DNA of 64,000 bases, from contig RHPI01002272.1 in NCBI GenBank assembly GCA_009103225.1, positions 1 through 64,000 on the forward strand, given 5' to 3'. The position numbers and the translations under genes are program-made. Shown here one piece after another: positions 63,301-64,000 of this stretch. Position 1 is the stretch's first letter. Each line of letters opens with the position of its first letter. The notes beneath the pieces are model-generated. The model was not told where the DNA came from and ran no database searches. It saw only the letters and a program-made list of their open reading frames with translations. The DNA comes from Chlorokybus atmophyticus (lineage: Eukaryota > Plantae > Mesostigma and Chlorokybus algae).

Positions 63301-64000
63301 CCCAAGCACGATTAGCATGCAATGCTTCATTGCAATTGACGTCACCCTGGAATAACTCTCCATACCCTCTTCACCTAGTTTGCTTTGATATTAGCAGACA
63401 AAATGGCAACAGGCACATATTCGCCGTACTAACAGGTGTCGTGCAACAGCACAGCTCTTGCAGCCTACGACCGTTTATATTGTAAATAGTAACAATCAGG
63501 CATGGAAGGCGCCTATCGCTCCTGTCTGTCTCAAAGGGCGTTCACCTCGTCGTACATGCCCTGCCTTTAAAGCGCCAGTGCCGGGTTGTCAGAAGAAGCT
63601 GTCGCCTTGTAGAGGCCAACGAGCCTAAGCTTTGCTTTGGAACTCGCCAGCACCCGTCGATGCAGGGCTGTGGCCTTGCCGAAGTCGTGATTTTGATCAA
63701 TAGCAACTGCTATGCAATTGTCAAAAGCGTAGCCAACATGATGAGCCTTGGCGACGCTGCAAGATGTGCTCGCATCTGCGCAAATTGCTCTGCTCCTTGC
63801 AGCGTGGGAAGGCTACACAGCCCTCGACCACCCATTGGTGACCAAGAGATGCGACTGCCATTGTAGTCAGAGCACCAAGCCCTGCCACCGGTGGTGTACC
63901 CAGCGATTGGGTGGGTCGCCTGACAAATAGCCAACACAGTCAGTACACCAGCAGCAGGTGCTTAACACCATAACCATCGCGTGCAGTGTCAGCAACATGT
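60370..64000. repeat. Copy B of the duplicated segment (see 10500-13800); runs off the window edge
   Basis: Collinear, same orientation, recognisably similar but diverged. Confidence 0.8.
62827..63089. other. Assembly gap (263 N)
   Basis: Read directly. Confidence 1.

Overview
Eukaryotic, intron-rich, repeat-dense window. My inference is a green-lineage genome, probably a streptophyte alga; the sequence alone does not prove this. The left two-thirds is a nest of decayed mobile elements: two Ty3/gypsy copies of one lineage (one keeps gag-PR-C5 DNA methyltransferase-RT-RH, the other RT-RH-integrase-PHD), a CACTA-like transposase head-to-head with a SAM-domain gene, a 562-bp TRIM, a fold-back element split by the gypsy insertion, a Penelope-like RT, and a long-tailed histone H3-like pseudogene. 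The right third (about 44-58 kb) is an immune-like cluster. A TIR-NB-ARC-LRR gene, apparently intact in TIR and NB-ARC, is flanked on each side by a SEFIR/TIR-like gene and a gene carrying the EDS1/PAD4/SAG101-type EP domain (YRLLVEPIDIAN motif) with no recognisable lipase domain. Degenerate LRR fragments occur elsewhere. Top candidates for a second look: the TNL + SEFIR + stand-alone EP cluster, the methyltransferase/PHD-bearing gypsy with split terminal repeats, and the H3-like gene. All domain calls are motif recognition by eye, no searches were run, and many exon boundaries are approximate.
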